DNA from: Eledone cirrhosa
Taxonomy: Eukaryota
Reading direction: 5' to 3'
Length of the DNA: 64,000 bases
Assembly (NCBI GenBank): GCA_964016885.1
Contig: OZ024740.1
Location: forward strand, 396,676,001-396,740,000
Positions 25,760 to 39,150 of this stretch are shown in pieces. Each line of letters begins with the position of its first letter. Within the stretch, counting starts at the first letter, position 1. Below the pieces are notes generated by a model. That model had not been told where the DNA came from, searched no databases, and worked only from the letters and a program-made list of their open reading frames with translations. A program made the translations under genes and the position numbers.

Positions 25760-27660
25760 TTATACAGCAGATGATGCAGTATTAATGAAACAGATGTGAG
25801 CAACAGGGGTGTTGTGTGATGGTTAATGACAGTAGATGTAGCTGTATGAGGTCTCTGAGATTGTAGGTATACAAGTGTCTTTGTAGGTCTGCTAAGCATG
25901 CATCAGTGCCTGTATGGGAGAATGCACATACACATGTATATGTGCCTCTACATGTGATTATGTGTGAACAGTGTGTGTGCGTATGAGTATGCATAGAAAA
26001 AGAGTAGTTTAGGATAAGTCAGGGGTCTAGGAAATCTGGGGGTAATTTCCTTGGGATTACTCATTATAAAGGATTACCAAGGTCTACCTGCTATGTAAGA
26101 AATAATTTTGAGGTAACATTGTATGTTTTAAAGGTCTCATGTTGATGAGATGTGATTCTTTCAGAGTGCTTAGTTTGTTAAAAATTGGAGGGTTTGTGAT
26201 TTCCTGAGCTATACTTTGTGTGTGTGTTTGTGTGTGTGTGTATATGTGTGTGCGTGTGTGCGTATGTGTTGTGCGTGTGCATGTTTTCTTAAGATCCAAA
26301 ATATATTTTGAAAGTGAAATAGCACTGGTCCTAACAGGTTGTAGAAGTAGTGAGTGAGTTGGAGTCAGGCTTTGAAGAAAATAGCAGCCAGGCCTATCTA
26401 AGATTTGGTAATATTATTTGGGCAGTTAGTTGAAACAGTGCAGTTGTAATTGGGGTTATTAGAGTTGGAGGTAGGATTCATTTCAGTAAGATTAGAATAG
26501 GTGATTACCTGAGTAAAGTTGGGTGTGCTGAAATACAAGAATGTAATAGTGTTTTAATTAAATATTCAGTAATACCTATGTTGAGAGTGAAGTGTTTTTT
26601 CAGTAATCAAAATAATTGTTTCTACTTTTGGCACAAGGCCAGCAATTATCCCAGTGCATTACTGGTACTTTATTTTATTGACCCAGTAAGGATGAAAGGC
26701 AAAGTTAACCTCAGTGGGATTTGAACTCAGACTGTAAAGAGGCATAACTATGCAGCAAAGTATGGCATCCAACCCTCTACTGATACTGCCAATCCCTTTA
26801 CCTTCAGCAAGACTGAAGGGGCTATGCTTATATTTTCAGCTATTAGCTATTCTAGTAGACATTACAATGTAATCTAACTTCTATTTATACCTACTTCTAT
26901 GTAATGCCAGGTTTTAATAGACAGACAATAAGCAAGAACTGTGATGGTTGCTAAAAGTTGGGTTTGGAGGTAAGGAATATAAGTCAAGTGTTTGGAGAGT
27001 TAGCATGTCAGTCAAGGAATGAAATGATTAAATGGTACAACCAATCCAAAATGACAAATATTTTGGATCATTCACCATCAAAATCATTTATGAGGAATGA
27101 GAGAGCCAGGAAAAGTAGTGAGTATTGAAGTCATTTAGGAAAAGGATGATTTCAGAGAGGTGAGGGGATAAGTACGTTCTCAATGCAGGATGAGGATAAT
27201 TGAACAGCTGTTAGTGACATGACAGGGGTGTTCTGAGTGCTGTAAATGGATCAGATGACCTTAGAGGCTTTCAGTTAAAATAATCAAATTGATAGCCTTT
27301 AATGAAAATATCCATCTGAGAAAGATGAATGACTGAAAGAGTGGATTCTATGTAAGTACAAAACAAGTTAAATTGTAGTATCTAGCCTGGGCTACAGAGA
27401 TTAGTTAATGATAGAACAGAGAGGACTAAGATGTATGGTTTCTGTAAGCACAGAAGGTGGTATGTGAAGTTGGCATTGGATTGAAGTCCATGGTATATTG
27501 ATATAAAGTAGGAAGAAGTGTTAATCTCATTCATTTTTTAAAGATTTATTGTAAGCTAAGGCAGATAAACAGAAACCAGGGTTTGAAAGAAGTAGGCACA
27601 GAAATTACTTTAGTCTTGAACAGCTGCTGATGCTATTCAAAGATAGTACACAACACCTCA
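25760..27660 (-). mobile_element. Highly decayed CR1/L2/Jockey-type LINE remnant (interrupted by SINE B)
   Basis: Purine-skewed plus strand typical of an antisense LINE; patchy RT-like residues near 27480-27530; no long ORF. Confidence 0.35.
26611..26800 (-). mobile_element. SINE family B
   Basis: AATAATTGTTTCTACTTTTGGCACAAGGCCAGC..GGATGAAAGGCAAAGTTAACCTC..GATTTGAACTCAGA..TACTGCCAATCC. Confidence 0.9.
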
Positions 27661-27698
27661 CAAGAGATTGTTGCTCAAATATCTAGGACAGAACAGCT

Positions 27699-27816
<118 letters not shown>

Positions 27817-29585
27817 TATTCTAAATTGCATGTGAAAACAAGCTGAGTGATTGGCAAGCCTTCACTTACTAACACATTACAACCACTTGCACACAAATAT
27901 GTTGCATCCACCTCCTGTCTCTTCTATTTTGCTTTAATAGCTTTTGTTTCTCTGAATTAGCAAGTTCATTCAATTCACTGGACTCACATAAAAGAAAAAA
28001 AAATTCACCAAAAACTCTATTCTCTGTACTGCTACTCTCTGCAACTACTTCCCTGTTAATATTTGCCATATATGTATCAATCTGGAAAAAAATCAAACCA
28101 GATATCAACGACATTGACTTCACTAGTCTAGGAAGAATTGCAAAGGCCATAGGCATTGCCCTCTTTCACCAGAATAATTTGTATACAATATAACTATTTG
28201 GGCATGTTCTGTTTTGTGCATTTTTGGAGTGATTTCAATGAGTTTTATGAGAGGATGTGACATCAATGATAACAGTAATAGTGATCAGGATATCGATGAT
28301 TCTGGTTAGTTATTTTTGACATTGTCATCTGCCAGAAATTAGGCAGATTTTATAGATTGGTCAATTCTGGTGTGTCGTAACTACTACAAAAAGTCAGAAC
28401 TTTACTTTTCATTCAATTTTTGATTAGTATGAAAATTAGTTCATTAGGAGTTTAATTAATTAAATTCTAACTAGTTCTAATTACAATGTTGCTTCATTTG
28501 CAAGTTTTATAAATTATAGTTTATTCCATGTTATTTGAGCCAAACTGTTTTTTTTTTTATTGTTATGGACAATTACACTCTAGTCTTTTTTGTTGTATAG
28601 TAAAAAAGAAGCTATATTGCTAAAATGATTCACTAACATTTTCCTCTCTTCACTTTGTTTTCTACACAATTATTCTCGGTTTTGTTTTCTTCACTTTATT
28701 AGTTTATATTCATTCATTTCTAACTTGTTGAGAAATCACATCCTCTCCTTCATTGGTTGTTATTTTTTTGACTACAAGGTTAATTTCACAGAGAAACCAC
28801 AGTTCACAAACAACTTTCACCTAGAACATTCTATCTTTGTTTATCAGTTGTCATAATGATTTTCAGAGCTATATGATAGGAAAAATAAATGTACAATAGT
28901 TTTAGAAACAACAGCAAAATAGAGATAGAATTCTTACGAATTAACTAATCCTTACCGAAAGTGTAATAAAGACACATCTTTCTCAAGCTTCAATTCATTA
29001 TTTACTGCAATTTCTAATTTTCAACATTGTGAGAAGCTGATAATTTAGCTACATATTTAGAAAAAGTCAGCATTTTCCTCAGTTATTTGAAGAATATCCT
29101 TAATCAGGTTTCAGTTTTCTCCATTAGAACTACTGCATTTTATAAACATTGCTAGGGGAAAACCTGAAATAACTTTATCTTCTATAAAATTATTCCCTTA
29201 CTTATATAAAGACATAACAAAAAGCCATAGCACAGTGAGCAAAACACTATCTCTGTCATTTCCAGATATATCATTTCTCCTTTCATTTACAAACAATTTA
29301 TATTACATTTTTTTTAACCTCTGGTTCTAGTGATTGCAATTCAGAATTTGTAAATGAGTGGTTAATATTCTGAATAACTGATTCAAAGACCATATGTTCA
29401 AAACATGCCACAGATATTGTTTTGCTTTTGCATACAAGACACTTTGCTCCATTCCGTATTTAATTAATCCTCTTTAAAAGCCCAAGGTGTTTTTTATAAC
29501 ATCAGTGATTATTTCTGGTTTCTGTAGGGATAAAGAAATAAGTGACCAATCTCTATTATGGAAATTATGTTAGTCTGTCATGAGT

Positions 29586-30260
29586 ATCATCATCATCACC
29601 ATCGACAGTCTATTTTTTATGCTTGCATGGGTTAATTGGGTTGTCCTGTTATGAGGTTAGCCAGGTCAGGTGACCATGTCTTGCTCATTCGGATTTGCTT
29701 TTGACTTGTTGGATCCCCATCCTAACACCAACGACCTTACAGCATGCACTAAGAACTTTTTTCTTGGAGCCACCACTACCACTTGATAGGGTGGATGGAG
29801 TACTTTTCATTGTGGCACTAGAGTGACGACCAAACAGGGTGAACCAGGTGCTTTTTTTTGTCTCCCTCATAAACCTTCCCTCATCTTAATACTCACCCAT
29901 AACCCCTCATTATCTATCATAAATGGAAAGCCAGATACACTCCACACAATGCTGGTGCCACAACAAAAAGCACTCAGTTCACACTGTAAGGTGGTTGTAC
30001 TAGCGCTACAATGAAAAGCACCCAGTCAATCCTGTATGGCAGTCATACTTGTGCTACAATGAAAAGCAGCTAGTCCACACTGTAAGGTGCCCCAACAAAA
30101 CACACCCAGTATACCCTGTAAGATGGTTGTGCTGGTGCCATGACACCCTCCCCCCCAAAAAACAAAACAAAACAAAACACCCAGTTCACACAGTACAGTG
30201 TTTGTACTGCTGCCATGATGAAAAACACTCTGTCTACCCATTAAGATGGTTGTGGAAGTA
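29586..30260. mobile_element. RTE 3' UTR-derived repeat with amplified about 45-bp subunits
   Basis: 29586-29860 is reverse-strand RTE tail (CATCATC..GCATGGG..CCTAACACCAAC); 29930-30260 has tandem AAAAGCACCCAGT.CACACTGTAAG units on the plus strand. Confidence 0.6.
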
Positions 30261-30777
30261 CCAAATACATGTGTCTCAGTTTATTACCTGTTAGGCATAG
30301 GTACCAGTTGTTCTAAGAATTAGCAACCTATCATAGGAAAGATTTTGTTTCATTTTCTCAACACAACAGAAATGAAAATCAAATACCATTTCAATGGATG
30401 TATGAAGCATATAAGATGAACATTTTATCTTAAAGCATATAATTTTATTTGACTTAGTCTAGCTAGTTGAAAAATAGATTTCTATTGAACTCCAGAGTTG
30501 AATGTTTTATACTAGACTGAACATTCCCCAAGAATTCACTGAAAAAGCTTAGTAATAAAAACATTACACAAATTAATTAAACAATTTTTACCAAACAATT
30601 AATTATAAATTCTTTTAAAACAAAATCATTCAAAACAAATTCATATACAAATATCTAAATTAATAAAACCCATCAAAGGAAATAATGTATAATTAGTAAC
30701 TTAATTGTTCCGAAGTTGATAGTTTTCATGGTTTGTGTAAGAAAAAAATACAAGAACATACTTTTATTTAACTATTA

Positions 30778-31356
30778 CTAACAGTGGTACCCGGCGTTGC
30801 ACGGGATAAGGTATTGTGAAATATATAACCGCCTTAGCTAAGCTTAGTATTGCCACAAAGAATTAAGGGTCTAGTGGTACGTAAGTAAGCAACACTGTGG
30901 CTTAAAACGTGAGGAAGAAGTTGTGTGCACTTACCAACTGTTTGGGGAATGAGTGTGAGATTTGTCTTGAGCAAGGGTGGCAGAATAACCGGATGCAGCA
31001 GACAGCCAGACATACAGACATATATTATAAGGGCGCATTCTGGACGCAGAGCGAATTGTAGGAAGTGACGTAATGCAGACAGCCAGGCATACAGACAGAT
31101 ATTATAAGGGCACGACGTTATATGTATGTATCTATCTAAAAAGAGAAAGACTAAGAATTATAGAGAGAGATCGCTAAATCGCCTAATGAAGTCCCTAGGG
31201 CATTGAAAATTTGAAATTTCTTTTGTTCAGAACACTCCCTGAAACATAAGTATTACATGTGTAAAGTTTGAAAACAGTTGGTTGGATGCTTCTCTAGTTT
31301 TAGGGATTCAAACTCACACACACACAGACAGACATCCTCAGTTTTATATATATAGA
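30778..31356 (-). mobile_element. Non-autonomous Helitron
   Basis: Minus strand starts TCTATATATATAAAACTGAGGATGTCTGTCTG and ends with hairpin CCCG-TGCAACGC-CGGG followed by TACCACTG-TTAG|T (CTRR-like end); no TSD; internal about 45-bp duplication. Confidence 0.85.
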
Positions 31357-31419
31357 CTAGCAGAAAACCACCCGGTGGGCGGTTTTCTGCTAGCAAATCT
31401 AGTGTATATACTGATATTG

Positions 31420-31680
31420 TTGAGATTTGGATGAGAAATGTTTTCGGCACAGGGAAGTCGATGATAGGTGACAGAATTTGAACTCAGAGAGTACAGAGCC
31501 AGAACAGATATCACAAGACATACTGTCCAATGCTCTAACAATTCAATGGATCAACTTCCCTGGATTTGTACTTTATCTATTGACCCTGAATGATGGAAGG
31601 CAAAATTGACTTCGATGGGATTTGAATTCAGTGTATAGAGAGTGGGAGCAAATAGCACAAGACACTTCAATCTGATGCTG
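31420..31680 (-). mobile_element. Old SINE B-related copies
   Basis: Degenerate GAATTTGAACTCAGA, TTGACCCTGAATGATGGAAGGCAAA motifs; similar relics at about 15020-15190, 38500-38750, 40310-40560. Confidence 0.55.
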
Positions 31681-31699
31681 TGTGTGTGTGTGTGCGTGC

Positions 31700-32000
31700 G
31701 ATTTTGATTGAACTTACCATGCCATTTGAAATTAGATTAGAAGAAGCACATGTATTGAAGGTCTAAAGATATACCAGTTTGGCCAACAGCCTGAGGGAAG
31801 CCAACTTCGAAGTTCTCACCATAAAAGTTGGAGTCAGAGGCTTTGTGGGCAGATTTGCCAACAATCTCATGAAACAACTTTCGGTCTCTAAGAAGACAAG
31901 GACCAAATCCCTTAAGGCAATATTAGAGGTGGCAGAAAGGAATTCCAGTTGGATCTGGTCAAGGAAGAACAAAAACGACCTCCATATCATGTGAGATGTG
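31700..32000 (+). mobile_element. HERO/NeSL-like non-LTR retrotransposon 3' end (RLE)
   Basis: ILIELTMPFEIRLEEAHVLKV*RYTSL...IKVGVRGFV...AERNSSWIWSRK fits IELT.P.E..K..KY..EVG.RGF..AE..S.W.W. Confidence 0.8.
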
Positions 32001-33059
32001 AGAGGCATCGTGTTTTTATTTTAACACATGCTAAAGAAAGTAACACTGAGTCACTCGTAGTGTTGGTGACAGTATGTTGACAGCTCACCACTACCAATGT
32101 TATTTTTGAAAGCATTTAAATATAAGTTTGAAAGCAGAGGCAATGGAAAGTAGTTCCAGCTAGATCATGTCAATAAAATTTCCATATGATTTAAATACAC
32201 AGCAAGTCTCTGATTTCTGAATGGCTAAATGTCAGCAGAAGGGCACCCAGGAGACTTGACCTGGATGTGGCCCAGCCCCCTTAGAGTATATCTTCTCTGT
32301 CCAGGTCTCCTGAGAGTTTCTTACCACTAGTTAACTGAACCAACTTAAGCACATGTCTGATATTTATTACTTCCACTCCTTCTATGGGGTGTTTATCATG
32401 TTAGGGCTGAAACTTAATACTATCCACTTCATAATCTCTGTAATTTGCTAATTATCATTGCTGGCCTTTAGTTACCTACTATTATATTTGATATGTAACT
32501 AATCTACAATTGTCAGTTCTTTGGGTAAGAATTTATAGGTTTGTAATCAATATCTTGCTAATTACTATGCTTTAAAGTAATTGGTTGCAATGATATTAAT
32601 TAAAGTTGAGGGTGGGGTGGGATGTGATGTAGTTCCACCATTATGACATTCTCACATGACTGTCAACTATAATTGTAGATTAAAAAGCAACAAATACTCT
32701 TGCTAATGAAAAGATTTCTAAGAAACGGGGCATGATATGCAAAGGAAACAATTCTGAATAAATACCATACAAGAGGCCAATATCCTGTTTAATGTTATAG
32801 AACAGATTATTAATGAAATGTAATGGACAACATCAAGATAGCTGTCAGTCAATGTTGATAAAAATAATATTTCATTTGCAGTGCCATGTTTACATTATGC
32901 TACTTGTGTTAATGGAGATATATAGCATGTTAAAGAATTGATTAGAATCTGATAAGATTATATTAGACAATATTTTGTTAAGTGTCTACAGCAGTATAAC
33001 TGTTAAAGACATTGGTTTTATTCTCATCCAATTCTGTGACTACTACTATAACAGACTTT

Positions 33060-34440
33060 CTCCTCTGAATAAGTAAGCTACATACCATCTCTGCCCAAAC
33101 CCATCTGATGTATATGTCCCTCTCTCTTCCTCCCATCATATCTGTGTTTCACATACAAACTAAGCCCTAAACAATTTATTTAATCCTTTTTTCCCCCTAG
33201 AACTGCCTCCCACTGTAACAACCCTATAACTCATGTTTTCCTTGAAAACACCAGCTTGGAGAAGTTAAAGTTGAACATGAATTGCATCAATCTACTCAGT
33301 CTTGCAGGACCTATAGAGGTCATAAGTGCAAACCCTCCTCTTTTGAGGAATTAAATACTGTTGAGTATTTAGATTAGCAAATGCTTGGGAAAGCCAGATG
33401 CAGTAAACATCCTTTTTAATAACATGAACAGCAACCATCCATTGAGACACTTCTGATTAGCTAAGGTTAAGTAATTGGTACTATCTATTGCATGAATTCC
33501 TAGAATAAACTTATTTATATCAATTTATTCTTGCATCATATATTATAAGAACGATAACTATTGCGACAAAAAGTTTTCAATTGATAAAATATATATAAAT
33601 TCTATTTAGATTCAAAAGCAAATCAAAATGCCTATTGGCAGTGTGAATATGCTACCTTCCAACGGACTGAAAGGCAGCTAGTTCATATCTTGTCACTAGT
33701 GTTACACATATGAATGTCCAACACCTGTAACAAAAAATGAATCTTGTTGGCTCAGAAATAATAAAACTCTTTCAAATCACACATTATGTCTTTATGTTGT
33801 TGAAGGAGACAATATTGACATACCTTATTGGAATCAGTGTAGGTTTGGTGTGATTCATGTGGATGCTTCTTTGGTGCAAAAGGTTAGGGAGGTGTGAGTG
33901 TTGCTAGAGGTGACTGAAATAAGCATTTGGTATATAGAGTTAATAGAGTGAGGGTTAGAGGGAGCTCTGTAATCACATGCTCTGATGATGTGACCTGTGA
34001 GGAAGTCAGTGACCAAAGGGATGAGAAATAAATAGAACCTATAAATGGGCAGTTTTTCTAGGGGATTCACATGCCAAAATTGAGTGAGCAACATTTTCAC
34101 CAATGTTCTTGAAGTGGAGAGTTGACTGATGAATGACATAGTATTGTTAGTAGTCAGTAGACATGGCTTTATAAAAATTAGCTGTTTCTGATAGTTCTCT
34201 GGTGCACATATACTGCTAGAGATAACTACTAGAGAATTAGCAGAGCTCCAGCTAGTCAGTTGCAATAAGGTATAGCAGATGTGGGATGCTGCATCATAAG
34301 TAGACATGTGGTGAGTAGTCATGTTAAAGCAGTGATCAGATTACCTGTAGAGGCATAGACAGTGTTAGCTTGGGAGAGGTTGTGTTGGATGTTGAATATA
34401 AGCATTCAGGTACAAGCTTCTCTGTATGAAACATTTAGAC
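33060..34440 (-). mobile_element. Decayed CR1/Jockey-type LINE RT remnant
   Basis: Minus strand retains ..FWHVNPLEKLPIYRF..VTDFLTGHII..ISVTSSN.. similar to the RT domain 3-5 region (VWH..LL.KL..YG); multiple stops. Confidence 0.5.
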
Positions 34441-35364
34441 ATAGGTTTGTTACCTAATTACCAAACACAGACATTAAAAAAATATTACTTAGTCTGTAGA
34501 GGGGTGGGTGGGAGATACATTTGATGTGTATGTGTAAATCATGGTATCTTTTGTTCAATGCACTGGTTCTGCCATTTCTCACTGATATGCACACACACAC
34601 ACACACGAACACGCATGCAAACACACACAACACACACACATAAGTTTCCATACAGCTTCTGTCTACCTAATTTGACTCACATAGTTTTGGTTGATTTGAA
34701 GCTATTGTAGAAGACATTTAACCAAGGCTCTATGCAGTGGGATCAAGCCTAAAAATCTTAACAAGGCAAAGCAAACTATTTAACAACACAGTTGTACTTG
34801 CACCATAGAATCCACACCAAGGGGCACTGGAGAACTGAATGACACTGCTCCACTGATTTTCAGAGATGTGTCTTCAGATTAAGAACAATTTGCAGTGATA
34901 TGCTTATTCTGAGATTCTGCTTTAAATCAGGATGTTCATCTAGAATGTTTTGAAACCCCACCCCTTGAGCACCAAAGTCTAGTGACAGACCTGCTGTACC
35001 AGTTATATAGATGAGACAATTAAGAGACAACACCTCTACTGACCATATCCAAAGGCATACCTAAACATAAGACAACAGGCCAATGGAGCATTTATCAAGT
35101 TTAGTATTTTCTCTAGTTTCAGGTTTGAACTATACTTCTATTTAGAACCTCCTCTTACACTGAGTTGAGCCATTGAATATTAATGCTTGGCCATGGACAC
35201 AGTGTATGTCCATGACAAATATAAACCCCTGATACTTCAAAGGTTCTCAGTGCTTGATCGAATCAGATATTTACAACTTGCTATATGGCATCTTTATATC
35301 TTTAAACTATTGTCAGTATTTATATGTTAAAAATTAACTTTTAAATATAAGTGTTGATTAGAAT

Positions 35365-36215
35365 ACACACAAATACAAGGGAATTTGTATAGAGATATCA
35401 GGGCAACAAAAAGCAGTCCATCGATTCCATACTCCTGTAGTACCTTCCACAACAGGTCCAGTGGAATGCAGTTATATGCCTTTTCAATATCTACAAAACA
35501 AGCATACACCTCATGGCAATACTCAAAGCCTGCCACAGTGTGGATATTTGGTTGTGCTGTGCCTGGAGTGAAAATCACACTGTTTGTCAGCTAGATTGGA
35601 CATCTCTTTACCAGACAGCATAGACTTTACTGGGGAGGCTTAACAAGGAGATCCCTTTATAATTGGAATAATGGAGTTCCACTGAAGCAGATGGAGAAGT
35701 TCAAGTTCCTCAGGGCTGTGTTCATAAGTGATGGAGGGTACAGGCTGAATTAAGTTAAATAATTGCAGGAAGTGGTGCAGTACTCCATTCAGTATTCAGT
35801 CATCAGAAGAAAGGAGGTAGGTGTAAAGGCCAAACTTGCTATCTTCAATTCAGTATTTGTGCCAATCTTTACCTATGGTTATGAATCATATGTAATGACC
35901 AAAGGAATACGATTGCAAATACAAGTGGCCGAAATGAAGTTCCTTCAAAGGGTCTTTGGAGTAATATTTCTCGATAGAGTACATAGCTCAGAGATCAGGT
36001 AGAGCCACTACATCTCCAAATTGAAAGATCACAGCTTTGATACTACGGACATATGGTCAGAATGTCTCAGGAAAGAATTGCTGGACAGATTTTGTTGGCA
36101 AAACCAACTGATTGGGGACCCCAAGGTAGACCTTAAGCAAGATAGCTGGATACCATCCATGAGATTATTTGGTCTTGCTTGGGGATCCAGCTGGAATATT
36201 TGGAGGCAGTTGCCT
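35365..36215. mobile_element. RTE LINE with inverted 5' segment (35365-35666 minus; 35668-36215 plus)
   Basis: Minus: NYKGISLLSLPSKVY..YACFVDIEKAYNCIPLDLLWKVLQEYGIDG. Plus: GVPLKQMEKFKFL..AKLAIFNSVFVPIFTYGYESYVMT..AEMKFLQRV..YGHMVRM. Same family at 62440-63060. Confidence 0.85.
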
Positions 36216-37074
36216 ACATGACCCTCCCAGGAATAAGTGGGTGTAAAAAAGAATACACATATGTGCATGCAGGCAAGCACATAATCATATCCACACACAT
36301 ACCTCTCATAACATTATATGTTTTTACTTTCTCTTATCTTTAATGGAGGCTTTTACAAAAGATTGCAATGGAGAAATCATTCAAATGTCTCTAATCGTGA
36401 GGCATAGGTAATCTATTTGTTTGTCATATGCAATAAATTGAATTGAATATATATATATACAGCTGAAATGAAACTTTCAGCTTTCAGACATTTATAATAA
36501 GCAATTATTTGATTTTTTTTTACTGAGGGAGGAAAATGGTGGTAGTGGGAGTAGTAGTAGTAATAGAAATGTCAACATAATGATGAAGTAGATGCAGCTT
36601 CATTGTAGGGAACGTTGAAGTACCTTCAGCATACCAATAAACTTGTGACTTTATCATATGAATATTCTAATGAACTCCCCAGATACTAGACTAGTGTGTA
36701 GTAGTAGATACTTTATTAGAGGAGCAGTAGTAGTAGTAGTAATAGTTTAAGGATAGATCATTAAACATTCTTTAGCTTTCTCTTATGTCTAAACCCAACA
36801 TTTTCCATGTCATTAGTCTTAGCCTTTATTAAATTTATATAACTGCCTAATCAAAGCCCCCCCCCCCCCAAAAAAAAGAACAAAAAACAACAAAACCCTG
36901 CCCTGTGAGTTTTCTGGTACTTTAAGATAGCTGATTAGTTGGATCAGAGTTAATTTTATTCTGATCATTATCAAGTGTGCTTCTCTCTGAGCCATTCAAG
37001 AAAACTAATCAAGTAGCTGATGCCATCCTCAGTAAGTTCCTCTTGTGAGTCACAGGAAGATATACAATTGAAGG

Positions 37075-37264
37075 ACATGGATTGGCAGTATCAGTACAGG
37101 GTCGGATGCCATGCTTTGTAGCATTGAGTTACGCCCCTTTATGGTCTGAGTTCAAATCCAGCCGAGGTTAACTTTGCCTTTCATCCTTACGGGGTTGATA
37201 AAATAAAGTACCAGTAATGCACTGGGATAATTGCTGGCCTTGTGCCAAAAGTAGAAACAATTAT
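37075..37264 (+). mobile_element. SINE family B
   Basis: TGGATTGGCAGTATC..GAGTTCAAATCC (B box)..GCCTTTCATCCTTACGGGGTTGATAAAATAAAGTACCAG..AGAAACAATTATT. Confidence 0.92.
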
Positions 37265-38959
37265 TTATAGCATCTAGAACAAGTCAGCTACCATCTCCAA
37301 TTGGGAGGGTTTTTCAAATGAATGTCATATATCACACGGTATGCATACCACTTAATATATCTATTGTGTCTCTTGCAAAGAGAAGCTATACTAATTTTGC
37401 CAAAGCCTCATATCTATCTCTTCGAAAATAAAATGCATTTGATGAAACCATTGCATTTTCTGCCTACTCACCCTCCAATTCTACACTGTAAACACACACA
37501 TGCCAAAAAGGCAGCTTCTGGTTGTTTTCTGTACTAAACCTTCTTCATTACAATATGAATACACATAACAAAACATCTGATGTTATTCTAATATAACAGG
37601 TCAGCGAGTATTGTAACAATTATTTTCAAACAATTAACAGGTGTAATTAGCAGTGGATATATAGAAAATAAATTTCATCAAATGCTTGAAAGGCTCACTT
37701 GATAGCTTTTGCTACTCAGGTGACTTAATTAGCAGAGGATTTGATTGTACAGAAAGCAGATCATTGATTTAATTTTGGGAATTGGTGATTCAAATATATT
37801 CAAACACAGGTCTAAATTCTAAGGAATATCTCCAATTTCAATACCTGAGTGGATACATCAGTATATGTAAGGTATGCTGTATCTCCAAAACTAGAGCTGT
37901 TAAGACGAAACTGGTGGTATATTTGAAATCAATGCACCAAATGATCATGAGAATAGGTCTAAAGTTTTATGCACCAAAATGTGTTGGTCAGTGTTATTGT
38001 AATCAAGTCCATTTTTTACAGTGATTATCAAAATGTCATAGAACAAAAAAAAATTATGTGATAGGAAAAAAACAAATACAATTTTGTAATACAATTTTGT
38101 GATAACAAGTCTCAGATATAAGTCAGCAAAAAAAATGCTGCCTAGTGTTATTAGTTAAGTTGAAAGAAAGGTTCCTACATCACAGTAAATTGGTATTTCG
38201 GGATATATTAATCTTCAATTTGGATTTCAGAAAGTCAATTCCATAATGGAAAGGTTATACATTCTAAACAGATTAAGATCTTCTCAAGAAATTAATGATG
38301 AAGTGTTGTAATTGATTCACAGATAGTGGTAGCTGGTTAAAATGGTAAGATGTTAGACTGCTGGACAAGCTGAGTTAGACTCTTATTATACTTTAATCAG
38401 AGCCTTTGAGACTGGTAGGAGGGAAGGAGAAAGCTATCCTCAAAGCAAAACCTGACTTGAACTCTACTGAAGGGCCAATGGGTGGTGTTATAATAGGTGA
38501 CAGATTATATCTACCATCCAAGTTGAGCACAGTGAAACTCAATGCAAAGAGCTGGAACAAATACCACAAGATATCCTGTTAGATGCTTTATTGATTTTGC
38601 CAGTTCACCACCCTAGGCCGGTATTTTATTTATCAATTCTGGAAGGATACAAAGTAAAGTTGAGCTGGAAAGAATCTGAATTCAGAACATAATGAGCCAG
38701 AATAAATATTAGAAGGTGTTTCATCTGGCACACTAACACTTCTGCCAGTTCAGATTGTTACTTTCTTTATATCCCCTATACTTATTGGATCTGAGACATT
38801 TAACACTCAAATAGCTCAGCCCACCTTGAAGTAAATAGGTATTGTAGAACACTATATAAAGGATAAGTATTTGATTAGTTTGTAGTGCTAAGTCTAAATA
38901 TTAGCCTTACTATTGCTATTAGTGGGATAAGTTCCACCAAACCAACTTACATGAGAGAT

Positions 38960-39150
38960 ATTAGCCTAGCCTCATCCCATCCTTATATCTAAAGGTAGGG
39001 AGCCATGGACTATTGAACCAGCGCTCTCCATATTTTCTTGTCTCTTGCCATACATTCTGCCAAACTCCTTCCTGTCCATTCCTTAATATCATCTGTCCAT
39101 CTCTTTTTCTGCCGTCCTCTGGCTCTTTTCCCTTGTATTTGTCTCTCAAG
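38960..39150 (-). mobile_element. RTE LINE extreme 3' fragment
   Basis: Minus frames read GQIQGKRARGRQKKRWTDDIKEWT and ARDKKIWRALV, the RTE G.R.RGR....W.D / A.DR..WR pattern. Confidence 0.7.
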
